NCBI RefSeq assembly: GCF_900172325.1
Contig: NZ_FWFR01000001.1
Span: forward strand, 1,301,773 to 1,333,772
Length of the DNA: 32,000 nucleotides
Reading direction: 5' to 3'
Source: Oceanibacterium hippocampi
GTDB taxonomy: Bacteria; Pseudomonadota; Alphaproteobacteria; Sneathiellales; Sneathiellaceae
Part shown: in pieces, positions 1-9,335 of the stretch
Numbering within the stretch: the stretch's first letter is position 1
How the letters are laid out: every line of letters begins with the position of its first letter
Program-made: the position numbers and the translations under genes
The notes under the pieces: model-generated
Told to the model about the DNA's origin: nothing
The model's database searches: none
The model's input: only the letters and a program-made list of their open reading frames with translations

Positions 1-473
1 GGCCCGACCGGGCGGCGGCGGTGCTCGGCCACTGGTGGGAGGTTTCCGGCCGGGTCGGGCACGGCGACGCGCGTGGCCGGACGATCGGCTTCCCGACCGC
101 CAACCTGTCGCTCGACGGTTTCCTGCAGCCGGCGCTCGGCGTCTATGCCGTTCGCGTCGCGATCGAGGAGGAGGGCGCGCGCGCGCCGCTCAACTGGCAT
201 GACGGGGTCGCCAACCTCGGGCGGCGACCGACGGTCGACGGCGAGGATGTCCGTCTCGAGGCGCATCTGTTCGATTTCGACGGCGATCTCTACGACCGCC
301 ACCTGCGGGTTGCCTTCGTCGCCCGCCTGCGGCCGGAGCAGAAATTCTCCGGCCTTGAAGAGCTGACCGGGCAGATTGCCCGCGACTGCCTGGCGGCGCG
401 CGAAATCCTCGCCGATCCGGCCTATGCCGCGAACCGGTTCGACAACGCGGAAGCGGACGCGGTCAACCGCTGA
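1..473 (+). CDS. ribF: Bifunctional riboflavin kinase/FAD synthetase, C-terminal riboflavin-kinase part (5' end lies upstream of the window)
   Basis: The frame is open from base 3 to the TGA at 471-473. The translation ...GRVGHGDARGRTIGFPTANL...GVANLGRRPT...LEAHLFDFDGDLY carries the riboflavin-kinase GR-x-GFPTAN and E-x-HLFDF motifs. It sits directly upstream of ileS-lspA, the conserved ribF-ileS-lspA order. Confidence 0.85.
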   Translation, partial: PDRAAAVLGHWWEVSGRVGHGDARGRTIGFPTANLSLDGFLQPALGVYAVRVAIEEEGARAPLNWHDGVANLGRRPTVDGEDVRLEAHLFDFDGDLYDRHLRVAFVARLRPEQKFSGLEELTGQIARDCLAAREILADPAYAANRFDNAEADAVNR

Positions 474-695
474 AACAGCCCGCGCTGGCCGCTCGACAGC
501 CGCCCGGCGCCTTGTTACAAGACGGATGCTATGTGCATGGAAACGGCAGACGCGGCCCTTGTCGCCCTTCGAATTATCGGCCCGGCTCTCGACTGAGGGG
601 GCCGGGACGGCGCCTGACGACGCGCCGCAGCCCGAATGCATGATCCGGGCATCGCACAGACCGACAATCCGATAGCCAACGACGGGCACATCCCG

Positions 696-3512
696 ATGAC
701 CAAAGACTACAAGGCAACGCTGTTCCTGCCGCAGACCGATTTCCCGATGAAGGCGGGTCTGCCGCAACGGGAGCCGGAATTCCTCGCCCGCTGGTACGAG
801 ATGGATCTCTACCGCCGGCTGCGCGAGCAGGCGAAGGGGCGCGAGCAGTTCATCCTTCATGACGGCCCGCCCTACGCCAACGGCAACATCCACATGGGCA
901 CCGCGATGAACAAGGTCCTCAAGGACGTTGTCGTGCGGACCCAGCAGATGCTCGGCAAGGACAGCAACTATGTCCCCGGCTGGGACTGCCACGGCCTGCC
1001 GATCGAATGGAAGATCGAGGAGCAGTATCGCGCCGCCGGCAAGAACAAGGACGACGTGCCGGTCGTCGAGTTCCGCCAGGAATGCCGCCAGTTCGCGCTC
1101 CATTGGCTCGATGTCCAGCGCGAGGAGTTCAAGCGCCTCGGCGTGATCGGCGACTGGGACAATCCCTACATGCCGATCAGGCCAGACTCGGAAAAGGTGA
1201 TCGTCGGCGAGCTGCTGAAGTTCCTGATGAACGGCGGCCTCTACCGGGGCGCCAAGCCGGTGATGTGGTCGGTGGTCGAGAAGACGGCGCTCGCCGAGGC
1301 AGAGATCGAGTATCACGACCATACCTCGACGACGATCCATGTCCGCTTCCCGGTGGTGAAGGGGCCGGCCCCGTTCGCCGGCAACTCGATCGTGATCTGG
1401 ACGACGACGCCCTGGACCATGCCCGGCAACCGGGCGATCGCCTTCGGCCCGGAGCTCGACTATGTCGGCATCGAGGTCGCGGCAGTGAAGGAGGGCGCGC
1501 TTGCCCGGGTCGGCGAGACCCTGTTCGTCGCCGCCGCGCTGCGCGAAGCGGTCGAGGCCGAGGTCGGGATCATGGCCTCGAAGATCGTCTGGGAAGGTCC
1601 CGGCAGCGCCTTCGAGGGTGTCGTCTGCCATCATCCTTTCCACGGACACGGCTACGATTTCGACGTGCCGCTGCTGCCGGGCGAGCATGTCACGGTCGAG
1701 CAGGGCACCGGCTTCGTCCATACCGCGCCCGGCCATGGCGAGGAGGATTACGTCGTCGGCATGCAGTTCGGCCTGGAAGTGCCGGAAACGGTCGACGAGG
1801 GCGGCCTGTTCATGCCCCATGTGCCGCTCTTCGCCGGCCAGCATGTCTTCAAGGCGAACGGCCCGGTGGCCGACAAGCTGCAGGAATTCGGCGCGCTGCT
1901 GCATCGCGGCAAGCTGGTCCATTCCTATCCCCATTCCTGGCGCTCCAAGGCGCCGCTGATCTTCCGCAACACGCCGCAATGGTTCGTCTCGATGGAGACC
2001 AACGACCTGCGCAAGACGGCGCTGGCCGAGATCGACCGGGTCAAGTGGTATCCGCCGCAGGGCCGGAACCGAATCCATTCGATGATCGAGAACCGCCCGG
2101 ACTGGGTGCTGAGCCGGCAACGCAGCTGGGGCGTGCCGCTGACACTGTTCCTTGGCCGCGAGAGCCGCGAGCCCTTGCGCGATCCAGCGGTCAACGAGCG
2201 GATCCTCGAGATCATCGGCGCCGAGGGCGCCGATGCCTGGTTCTCGTCGCCGCCGGAACGCTTCCTTGGACCGGACCACGATCCGGCGGACTGGGAGATG
2301 CTCACCGACACGGTCGATGTCTGGTTCGATTCGGGCACCTCGCACGCCTATGTGCTGGAGACCCGCGAGGACCTGAAGACGCCGGCCTCGCTTTACCTGG
2401 AAGGCTCGGACCAGCATCGCGGCTGGTTCCATTCCTCGCTGCTGGAATCCTGCGGGACGCGCGGCCGGGCGCCCTACGAGGCGGTGCTGACGCACGGCTT
2501 CGTGCTCGACGGCGACGGCCGCAAGATGTCGAAGTCGCTCGGCAACACCGTTCTCCCGCAGGAGGTGATCGGCCAGTTCGGCGCCGATATCCTGCGCCTC
2601 TGGGTGGTCGCCTCGGACTTCACCGAGGATCTCCGGATCAGCCCCGAAATCCTGAAGTCGCAGGTCGACAGCTATCGCCGGCTGCGCAACACGCTGCGCT
2701 TCATCCTCGGCAACCTGGCCCGGTTCGACGAGCGCGAACGGCTGCCGGCGGCGGAGATGCCCGAGCTCGAACGCTGGGTGCTGAGCCGCCTTGCCGCGCT
2801 CGACGCCCAGGTGCGCGAGGCCTGCGAACGCTTCGATTTCCACCAGATCTTCGTCTCGGTCTACACCTTCTGCACGATCGAGCTGTCGTCCTTCTATCTC
2901 GATATCCGGAAAGACGCGCTCTATTGCGACGCGGCGGACTCGGTCCGCCGACGGGCCGCGCGAACAGTGCTCGACACGCTGTTCGACAGCCTGACCGCAT
3001 GGCTTGCGCCGATCCTCTGCTTCACCGCCGAGGAGGCCTGGCAGACGCGCGGTACCGGGCCCGAGGAAAGCGTCCATCTGCGGCTCTTCCCGGAACTGCC
3101 GGCGGAATGGCGGGACCCGGCCCTCGACGCCCGCTGGGAGCGGATCCGGCGGATGCGCCGGGTGGTCACCGGCGCGCTCGAGATCGAGCGCCGCGAGAAG
3201 CGGATCGGCGCCAGCCTGCAGGCCCACCCGGTCGTGCATCTCTCGGCCGGGGACGCGGCGATCGCGCGCAGCGTCGATTTCGCCGAGCTCTGCATCACCT
3301 CGGGCGTCAGCGTCAGCGAGGCGGCGGCGCCGGACGACGCCTTCCGCATCGAGGATGTGGACGATGTCGCGGTGGTGCCGGGGCTTGCCGAGGGCAGCAA
3401 ATGCCAGCGCTGCTGGATGGTGCTGCCGGACGTCGGCACGATCGCCGGGCATGACGATCTCTGTGGCCGCTGCGCCAGCGCGGTCGAGGCGGCCGACACG
3501 GTCGCCGCCTGA
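696..3512 (+). CDS. ileS: Isoleucine--tRNA ligase
   Basis: The protein is about 938 aa. It has the class I signature PYANGNIHMGTA (HIGH variant), the KMSKS loop (GRKMSKSLGN), a CP1 editing region, and a C-terminal zinc knuckle CQRCW...CGRCA. I prefer the ATG at 696 (MTKDYKATLFLPQTDFPMKAG, a typical IleRS N-terminus) over the ORF-track ATG at 636. Confidence 0.97.
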   Translation: MTKDYKATLFLPQTDFPMKAGLPQREPEFLARWYEMDLYRRLREQAKGREQFILHDGPPYANGNIHMGTAMNKVLKDVVVRTQQMLGKDSNYVPGWDCHGLPIEWKIEEQYRAAGKNKDDVPVVEFRQECRQFALHWLDVQREEFKRLGVIGDWDNPYMPIRPDSEKVIVGELLKFLMNGGLYRGAKPVMWSVVEKTALAEAEIEYHDHTSTTIHVRFPVVKGPAPFAGNSIVIWTTTPWTMPGNRAIAFGPELDYVGIEVAAVKEGALARVGETLFVAAALREAVEAEVGIMASKIVWEGPGSAFEGVVCHHPFHGHGYDFDVPLLPGEHVTVEQGTGFVHTAPGHGEEDYVVGMQFGLEVPETVDEGGLFMPHVPLFAGQHVFKANGPVADKLQEFGALLHRGKLVHSYPHSWRSKAPLIFRNTPQWFVSMETNDLRKTALAEIDRVKWYPPQGRNRIHSMIENRPDWVLSRQRSWGVPLTLFLGRESREPLRDPAVNERILEIIGAEGADAWFSSPPERFLGPDHDPADWEMLTDTVDVWFDSGTSHAYVLETREDLKTPASLYLEGSDQHRGWFHSSLLESCGTRGRAPYEAVLTHGFVLDGDGRKMSKSLGNTVLPQEVIGQFGADILRLWVVASDFTEDLRISPEILKSQVDSYRRLRNTLRFILGNLARFDERERLPAAEMPELERWVLSRLAALDAQVREACERFDFHQIFVSVYTFCTIELSSFYLDIRKDALYCDAADSVRRRAARTVLDTLFDSLTAWLAPILCFTAEEAWQTRGTGPEESVHLRLFPELPAEWRDPALDARWERIRRMRRVVTGALEIERREKRIGASLQAHPVVHLSAGDAAIARSVDFAELCITSGVSVSEAAAPDDAFRIEDVDDVAVVPGLAEGSKCQRCWMVLPDVGTIAGHDDLCGRCASAVEAADTVAA

Positions 3513-3518
3513 GCCCGG

Positions 3519-4010
3519 ATGCTCGGGCCGGCACTGACGCTGGCGAGCCTGGTCGCCGGGATCGACCAGGTGGTGAAGTACCTGGTGCTCAGGGCGCTGA
3601 TCGGGACTCCGTCGGGCTTCACCCTGATCCCGGGGGTCGACATCGCGCTGGTCTGGAACCGGGGGCTGGTCTTCGCCTTCCTGGCTAGCCCCTCGGCGCT
3701 TGCGCGCTGGGCCTTCGTGCTGCTCGCGCTGGTGCTCGTCAGCGCACTCGTTGCCTGGCTCGTCTGGGTTCGGCGCCCGGGCCTCGGCCTGGCGCTCGGC
3801 CTGATCGTCGGCGGCGCGCTCGGGAACGTCGTCGACCGGGTTATATACGGCGCGGTCGTTGACTATATCGACCTGTACAGTGGCGAGAGCCACTGGCCGG
3901 CCTTCAACCTTGCCGACGTCGCAATCCTCTCCGGTGTCGGCTTCCTGATCATCGACAGCCTGCTGCTGCGGCCCCTCGGCCGCGCCGGCCGGGCCCAGCC
4001 GAGCGGATAG
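3519..4010 (+). CDS. lspA: Lipoprotein signal peptidase II, copy 1
   Basis: 163 aa with a 4-TM profile. LspA motifs are all present: [16 protein letters not shown] (N-x-G-x-x-F), [18 protein letters not shown] and WPAFNLADV (both catalytic Asp). It lies 6 nt downstream of ileS. Confidence 0.85.
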   Translation: MLGPALTLASLVAGIDQVVKYLVLRALIGTPSGFTLIPGVDIALVWNRGLVFAFLASPSALARWAFVLLALVLVSALVAWLVWVRRPGLGLALGLIVGGALGNVVDRVIYGAVVDYIDLYSGESHWPAFNLADVAILSGVGFLIIDSLLLRPLGRAGRAQPSG

Positions 4011-4011
4011 C

Positions 4012-4521
4012 ATGCTGAGAAACGGGCTGAGAACCGGACTGCCGATCGCCCTTGTGACGCTGATTGCCGATCAGGTGACGAAATTCGAGATGCTGGCGAT
4101 GCTCTCCGGCCCGGCCGGCCCGCGGGTCATGGTCGGCGGCCAGACGATCCGGGTGCTCGACAATTTCAACCTCGTGCTGGTCTGGAATTCCGGCGTTAGC
4201 TTCGGGCTCTTCGGTGGCGGACCGGAGACCACGCGTTGGATCCTGATCGCGCTTGCGCTGGCCCTCTGCCTCGGCCTCGGGGTCTGGCTCCGGCGGGCGG
4301 CGAGCCTGGCGGAGACCGTCGGCCTGGGGCTCGTGATCGGCGGTGCGCTCGGCAATGTCATCGACCGGGTCTACTGGGGCGCGGTCGTCGACTTCCTCGA
4401 TTTCCACGCCTTCGGCTACCACTGGCCGGCATTCAATCTCGCCGATACGGTGATCTTCATCGGCGTCTTCTGCCTCATCGCGGACGGCTTGTTTAATCGC
4501 CCCGCTTCTTCTAAAAGGTAG
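4012..4521 (+). CDS. lspA: Lipoprotein signal peptidase II, copy 2
   Basis: 169 aa. Motifs present: ADQVTK, VWNSGVSFGLF, GGALGNVIDRV, VVDFLDF and WPAFNLADT. Its ATG is 1 nt after the copy-1 TAG (TAG-C-ATG). Confidence 0.9.
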   Translation: MLRNGLRTGLPIALVTLIADQVTKFEMLAMLSGPAGPRVMVGGQTIRVLDNFNLVLVWNSGVSFGLFGGGPETTRWILIALALALCLGLGVWLRRAASLAETVGLGLVIGGALGNVIDRVYWGAVVDFLDFHAFGYHWPAFNLADTVIFIGVFCLIADGLFNRPASSKR

Positions 4522-4524
4522 GCC

Positions 4525-5115
4525 ATGATGTTGCGGAAAAACCACATCGCGACGGTCGTCCTGAGCGGCCTTCTGGGTCTCGCGCTTTCGGGCTGCGACA
4601 GCACCAAGAGCTTGCTCGGACTTGAAAAATCCGCGCCGGACGAGTTCACGGTCGTCTCGAAGGCGCCGCTGACCCTGCCGCCGGACTACACCCTTCGTCC
4701 GCCGGCCCCCGGGTCGGCCCGGCCGAACGAGGTCAGCCCCCGCGACAAGGCCCGCCAGACCCTGACCGGTCGGCCGGCGATCGGCAACGCCACGGCGAGC
4801 AGCGATCGCGGCGCGAACCCGGCAGGCAATACCGGCGGCGAGCAGGCGTTGCTCGCCAATGCGCGCGCCGAGGAGGCGAATCCGCGCATCCGCGAGATCG
4901 TCAATGCCGAGACCGAGCAGCTGGCGATCAAGGACAGTTCGTTCGTCGACCGGCTGCTGTTCTGGCAGGAGAAGCAGGAGCCGGGCATGGTCATCAACGC
5001 CCGGGCCGAGCAGCAGCGCCTGCAGCAGAACGCCGCCGAGGGCAAGGCGGTGACCGAAGGCGAGACGATTTCGATCGAGCGTCGCGAGCGCGGTATCCTG
5101 GAAGGCATTTTCTAG
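4525..5115 (+). CDS. Lipoprotein of unknown function (resembles the DUF3035 family, from memory)
   Basis: The N-terminus MMLRKNHIATVVLSGLLGLALSGC is a signal peptide with lipobox LSG|C. It is followed by APDEFTVVSKAPLTLPPDYTLRPPAPG, which I recall as typical of DUF3035 lipoproteins found after lspA in alphaproteobacteria. Third-position GC is high. Confidence 0.75.
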   Translation: MMLRKNHIATVVLSGLLGLALSGCDSTKSLLGLEKSAPDEFTVVSKAPLTLPPDYTLRPPAPGSARPNEVSPRDKARQTLTGRPAIGNATASSDRGANPAGNTGGEQALLANARAEEANPRIREIVNAETEQLAIKDSSFVDRLLFWQEKQEPGMVINARAEQQRLQQNAAEGKAVTEGETISIERRERGILEGIF

Positions 5116-5161
5116 GCCGCTCCGCGCCGCAGTCGCCCTGATCCCTGTTTGTCCGGGCGAG

Positions 5162-5181
5162 GCCGCACAGATGCGTGCGGC
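5162..5181 (+). terminator. Hairpin downstream of the lipoprotein gene (weak intrinsic terminator candidate)
   Basis: GCCGCAC-agatgc-GTGCGGC forms a perfect 7-bp stem. It is followed by tacTTgTg, which is only a poor U tract. Confidence 0.3.
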
Positions 5182-5240
5182 TACTTGTGCCGGCCCGGCA
5201 GGGGGCCATATTAGGGGTCATTCCACGCCCCGGAGGATCG

Positions 5241-6602
5241 ATGCCTTCCTTGCAAGCCTACCGTCTGCGCGGCCCCGTCGCCGCCTTGCTCGCGCTCCTC
5301 GTCCTCGCCGCTTCCGTCTCCGCCGCCCGCGCCGCATTCCTGAAGCCGGAAAGCTTCTTCCTGGAGAACGGCATGCAGGTCGTTGTGGTGACCGACAGCC
5401 GGGCGCCGATCGTCACCCACATGGTCTGGTACCGGACCGGTTCGGCGGACGAGCCCAAGGCAAAGTCGGGGATCGCGCATTTCCTCGAACATCTCATGTT
5501 CAAGGGGACCGAGAAGCTGGCACCGGGCGAGTTCTCCAAGATCGTCGCCCAGAACGGCGGCCAGGACAACGCCTTCACCTCCTACGACTACACCGCCTAT
5601 TTCCAGAATGTCGCGGCCGACAAGCTTGACCTGGTGATGGGGCTCGAGGCCGACCGGATGCGCAATCTCCGGCTCACCGAGGCGATCGTCGCGCCGGAGC
5701 TCAAGGTCGTGCTGGAGGAGCGCTCGCAGCGGACCGACAACAATCCGGCGGCGCTGCTCGGCGAGCAGATGAACGCCGCGCAGTATCTGAACCACCCCTA
5801 CGGCATTCCGGTCATCGGCTGGCGCCACGAGGTCGAGAAGCTGACGACGGCGGACGCCATCGCCTTCTACAATCGCTATTACCAGCCGGCCAACGCCATC
5901 CTGGTGGTTGTCGGCGACGTCAGCGCCGACAAGGTGCGCGAGCTCGCCGAGAAGCATTACGGCGTCATCCCGGGCGGCGAGGTGCCGCCGCGCCTGCGCC
6001 CGCAGGAGCCGCCGCAGATCGCCGCCCGCCGGCTCGAATATGCCGATGCCCGGGTGCGCGAGCCGAGCTGGCAGCGGAGCTACCTGGCGCCGAGCTATAC
6101 CGCCGGCGAAAGCCAGCACGCGCATGCCCTCGACGTGCTCGCCGAAATCCTCGGCGGCGGCACCAGCGGCCGGCTCTACAAGGAACTGGTGGTCAAGCAG
6201 GGGATCGCCGCCGGTGCCGGCGCCTGGTACAGCGGTGACAGCCGCGACCTCGGCCGCTTCGTCGTCTATGCCTCGCCGAACCGCGGCGGCAACCTGCCCG
6301 GGATCGAGGCGGCGGTCGATGTCGTGCTGCGTGACATCGTCGCCAACGGCGTCAACGAGGGCGAGCTGTCGCTGGCCAAGAACCAGCTCCGCTCCGACGC
6401 GATCTATGCCCGTGACAGCCTGTCGAGCACGGCGCGCCTGCTTGGTGCATCGCTCGCGGTCGGCCAGGATATCGACATGATCGTCAACTGGCCGGACGAG
6501 GTCGCCAAGGTCAGCGCCGAGCAGGTGCGGGCGGCGGCGCAATATGTACTCGATCCAAGGCAATCGGTGACGGCGCTGCTGCTGCCGAAGGAGGCATCGT
6601 GA
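5241..6602 (+). CDS. M16 (pitrilysin-family) zinc peptidase, catalytically competent subunit, secreted
   Basis: An inverted zinc motif HxxEH is present (GIAHFLEHLMFKGT). There is a signal peptide (PVAALLALLVLAASVSAARA). The ATG at 5241 is preceded by GGAGGA at 5233-5238 and is preferred over the ORF-track start at 5175. Confidence 0.9.
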   Translation: MPSLQAYRLRGPVAALLALLVLAASVSAARAAFLKPESFFLENGMQVVVVTDSRAPIVTHMVWYRTGSADEPKAKSGIAHFLEHLMFKGTEKLAPGEFSKIVAQNGGQDNAFTSYDYTAYFQNVAADKLDLVMGLEADRMRNLRLTEAIVAPELKVVLEERSQRTDNNPAALLGEQMNAAQYLNHPYGIPVIGWRHEVEKLTTADAIAFYNRYYQPANAILVVVGDVSADKVRELAEKHYGVIPGGEVPPRLRPQEPPQIAARRLEYADARVREPSWQRSYLAPSYTAGESQHAHALDVLAEILGGGTSGRLYKELVVKQGIAAGAGAWYSGDSRDLGRFVVYASPNRGGNLPGIEAAVDVVLRDIVANGVNEGELSLAKNQLRSDAIYARDSLSSTARLLGASLAVGQDIDMIVNWPDEVAKVSAEQVRAAAQYVLDPRQSVTALLLPKEAS

Positions 6603-7978
6603 GAAAGGCTCCCGCGATCATGTCCGCCTTGTCCCGCCTGACCCTGCTGGCCGGCCTTCTCGCCGTGTTCGTCGCGCTCTCCGTCGGGGTCCGCCCGGCG
6701 GACGCCGCGCCGGCGATCGAGGAGGTGACGAGCCCCGGCGGCATCAGGGCCTGGCTGGTCAACGAACCGTCGATCCCGGTCATCGCCGTCCGCGTTGCCT
6801 GGCGCGGCGGGAGCCGGCTCGATCCGGCCGACAAGCCCGGCGTCGCCAACCTGCTGTCCGGGCTGCTTGACGAGGGCGCCGGCGAGCTCGATTCGGAAGC
6901 CTTCCAGCACCGCCTGGCCGAGCTGGCGATCAAGCTCTCCTTCGATGCCGGCCGCGATGCCTTCGCCGCCGACCTGACGACCCTGTCGGAGAACCGCGAC
7001 GAGGCCTTCCGGCTGCTCGCGCTCGCGCTCGAGAGCCCGCGGTTCGACGAGGAGCCGGTCGCCCGCATCCGTCGCCAGATCCTCTCCTCGCTGTCGCGCG
7101 CCGAAGCCGATCCGGGCACGCTCGCCGGCCGCGCTTGGATGGCGGCCGCCTTCCCGGGCCATCCCTACAGCCGGCCGAGCGACGGCACGCTCGCCTCGGT
7201 GCCGACCATCACGGTCGAGGATCTGCAGACCTGGCGACAGCGCTACCTCGCACTCGACAACATCGTCATCAGCGTCGTCGGCGATATCGACGCGAAGACG
7301 CTCGGCCCGCTGCTCGACAAGACCTTCGGCTCGCTGCCGGCGAAAACCTGGCCGACCGACGTGCCCGAGGTGGAGCCGGCCGGCGGCGGTCGTCTCGAGG
7401 TGATCCCGTTCGACAATCCGCAGAGCCAGGTGATCTTCGGACGCGAGGGCGTGAAACGCGACGATCCGGATTATTACGCTGCCTACGTGATGAACTACGT
7501 GCTCGGCGGCGGCGGTTTCGAATCGCGCCTCAACGAGGAAATCCGCGAGAAGCGCGGCCTCGTCTACTCGGTCTATTCCTACGTCAACCCGCTCGACTTC
7601 TCCTCGCTGCTGATGGGCGGCCTCGGCACCAGCAACGACCAGGTGGCGGAAGCGATCGAGCTGGTCCGCAAGGAGGTCGGGCGGCTGCGCGAGGACGGCG
7701 TCACCGAAGCCGAGCTGGCCGACGCGAAGACCTATATCAACGGCTCCTTCCCGCTCCGCCTGTCGTCGAATGCCTCGATCGCCCGCATCCTGGTCGCGAT
7801 GCAGCTCGATCATCTTGGCATCGACTACCTTGAGAAGCGGGACGCGCTGATCGAGAAGGTCACGCTGGACGATGTCCGGCGGGTCGCCCGCCGGCTGCTC
7901 GATCCGAAGGACATGCTGATCGTCGTGGTCGGCAGCCCGCACGGCCTCGACGGCGCCGTCACCCGCAAGGACGGGTGA
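6599..7978 (+). CDS. M16-family peptidase-like protein, non-catalytic partner subunit, secreted
   Basis: It has the M16 fold-family pattern (two-domain length; YVMNYVLGGGGFESRLNEEIREKRGLVYSVYS). At the HxxEH position it reads GVANLLSGLLDEG, so the zinc ligands are missing. A signal peptide is present. The GTG start overlaps the upstream stop (GTGA at 6599-6602); ATG at 6620 is an alternative start. Confidence 0.85.
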   Translation: MRKAPAIMSALSRLTLLAGLLAVFVALSVGVRPADAAPAIEEVTSPGGIRAWLVNEPSIPVIAVRVAWRGGSRLDPADKPGVANLLSGLLDEGAGELDSEAFQHRLAELAIKLSFDAGRDAFAADLTTLSENRDEAFRLLALALESPRFDEEPVARIRRQILSSLSRAEADPGTLAGRAWMAAAFPGHPYSRPSDGTLASVPTITVEDLQTWRQRYLALDNIVISVVGDIDAKTLGPLLDKTFGSLPAKTWPTDVPEVEPAGGGRLEVIPFDNPQSQVIFGREGVKRDDPDYYAAYVMNYVLGGGGFESRLNEEIREKRGLVYSVYSYVNPLDFSSLLMGGLGTSNDQVAEAIELVRKEVGRLREDGVTEAELADAKTYINGSFPLRLSSNASIARILVAMQLDHLGIDYLEKRDALIEKVTLDDVRRVARRLLDPKDMLIVVVGSPHGLDGAVTRKDG

Positions 7979-8045
7979 TCGCCGTCTGGCCCGGGGCCGG
8001 CGCTTCTGCTACCGTCGCATCAGCGAATCCTCAATCGACAAGCCC

Positions 8046-9335
8046 ATGCCCTACAGACAAGACCTGACACGTTGCTTCGCCGGCGCGATCGGCGGCAGCG
8101 GCCTCGATGAAGCGGCCTTCCGCAAGACCCTGGGCGAGGCGGAAGCCGCCGTCGGCTGGGTCGCGGACACGATGCGCGGCCACGCGCTGCCGCTCTTCGA
8201 CCTGCCGTTCCAGCGCGACGACCTCAAGCTGCTCAACGACATCGCCGCCTACTGGCGGGAGGACTTCACCGATATCCTGATCCTCGGCACCGGGGGCTCG
8301 GCGCTTGGCGCCAAGACCCTTCAGGCGATCGCCGACGGCGACGGGCCGCAGATCCATTTCGGCGACAATCTCGACGGCCGCAGTTTCGCCTGGATCGTCG
8401 ACGCGCTCGATCTCGAGACCACCGGCATCCTGACCGTCTCGAAGTCCGGCTCGACGCCCGAAACGCTCTCGCAGACCCTCGTCGTGCTCGGCGCGCTGGT
8501 CGAGGCGCTCGGCGAGGACGCGCCGGCCAAGCATGTGCTGGCGATCGCCGAGCCGGGCGACAGCCCGCTCCGGCGGCTCGCGGCGCGCTGGCAATTGCAG
8601 ATCCTCGATCACGATCCGAACCTGGGCGGGCGCTACTCGGTGCTCTCGCTGGTCGGCCTGCTGCCGGCGCTGATTGCCGGCCTCGACGCGGCGCAGGTCC
8701 GCGAAGGGGCGGCCTTCGTGCTCGACGGGGTGATGGAGAACGGCATTTCCGCGGCACCTGTGGAAGGCGCCGCGCTTTCGGTGGCGCTCGCCCGCCGCGG
8801 CGATATCGCCCAGAGCGTCCTGCTGCCCTACGACGACCGGCTGTTCGAATTCACCTACTGGTATCGCCAGCTCTGGGCCGAGAGCATCGGCAAGCAGGGC
8901 TTCGGCACGACGCCGGTCAACGCGCTCGGCCCCGTTGACCAGCACAGCCAGCTTCAGCTCTGGCTCGACGGCCCGGCGGACAAGCTGTTCACCGTCGTCA
9001 CCTGCGGTGACTGGGGCAGCGGTCCGATGATCGATCTCGGCCTCGCCGGCAACGACCCGGCGCTTGCCTACCTGGAAGGGCGCGGGATCGGCGACCTCGC
9101 CCGGGCCGAGGCGCGGGCGACCGTGCGGACCCTGGCGCGGCACGGCCGACCGGTGCGCGAGATCACCGTCGACGTCCTGGACGAACAGGCCTTCGGCGCG
9201 CTGTTCATGCATTACATGCTCGAGACGATCGTCGCCGCGCGGCTCTGGGGCGTCGATGCCTTCGACCAGCCGGCGGTCGAGGAAGGCAAGATCCTGGCGA
9301 AGAAATTCCTGACCGGGGAGGAGGCCGGGGCGTGA
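8046..9335 (+). CDS. pgi: Glucose-6-phosphate isomerase (short, about 430-aa SIS-domain type)
   Basis: PGI signatures are present: [42 protein letters not shown] and [16 protein letters not shown]. Confidence 0.85.
   Translation: MPYRQDLTRCFAGAIGGSGLDEAAFRKTLGEAEAAVGWVADTMRGHALPLFDLPFQRDDLKLLNDIAAYWREDFTDILILGTGGSALGAKTLQAIADGDGPQIHFGDNLDGRSFAWIVDALDLETTGILTVSKSGSTPETLSQTLVVLGALVEALGEDAPAKHVLAIAEPGDSPLRRLAARWQLQILDHDPNLGGRYSVLSLVGLLPALIAGLDAAQVREGAAFVLDGVMENGISAAPVEGAALSVALARRGDIAQSVLLPYDDRLFEFTYWYRQLWAESIGKQGFGTTPVNALGPVDQHSQLQLWLDGPADKLFTVVTCGDWGSGPMIDLGLAGNDPALAYLEGRGIGDLARAEARATVRTLARHGRPVREITVDVLDEQAFGALFMHYMLETIVAARLWGVDAFDQPAVEEGKILAKKFLTGEEAGA

Noticed and set aside
636-695. The ORF track implies N-terminal extensions for ileS (636). 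It does the same for the M16 peptidase (5175), rsmD (15100), tadA (16799) and the DUF2817-like gene (18229).
   Set aside because: In each case a downstream start gives the canonical family N-terminus and a better RBS, or avoids overlap with the preceding gene. The extension residues look like non-coding translation.
474-695. A 222-nt gap upstream of ileS contains small hairpins (for example CCCGGC...GCCGGG and GCCCG..CGGGC). I considered a T-box-like or attenuator leader.
   Set aside because: There is no T-box specifier or antiterminator features and no U-tract terminator. The stems are short and of the kind found everywhere in GC-rich DNA. I cannot support a call.
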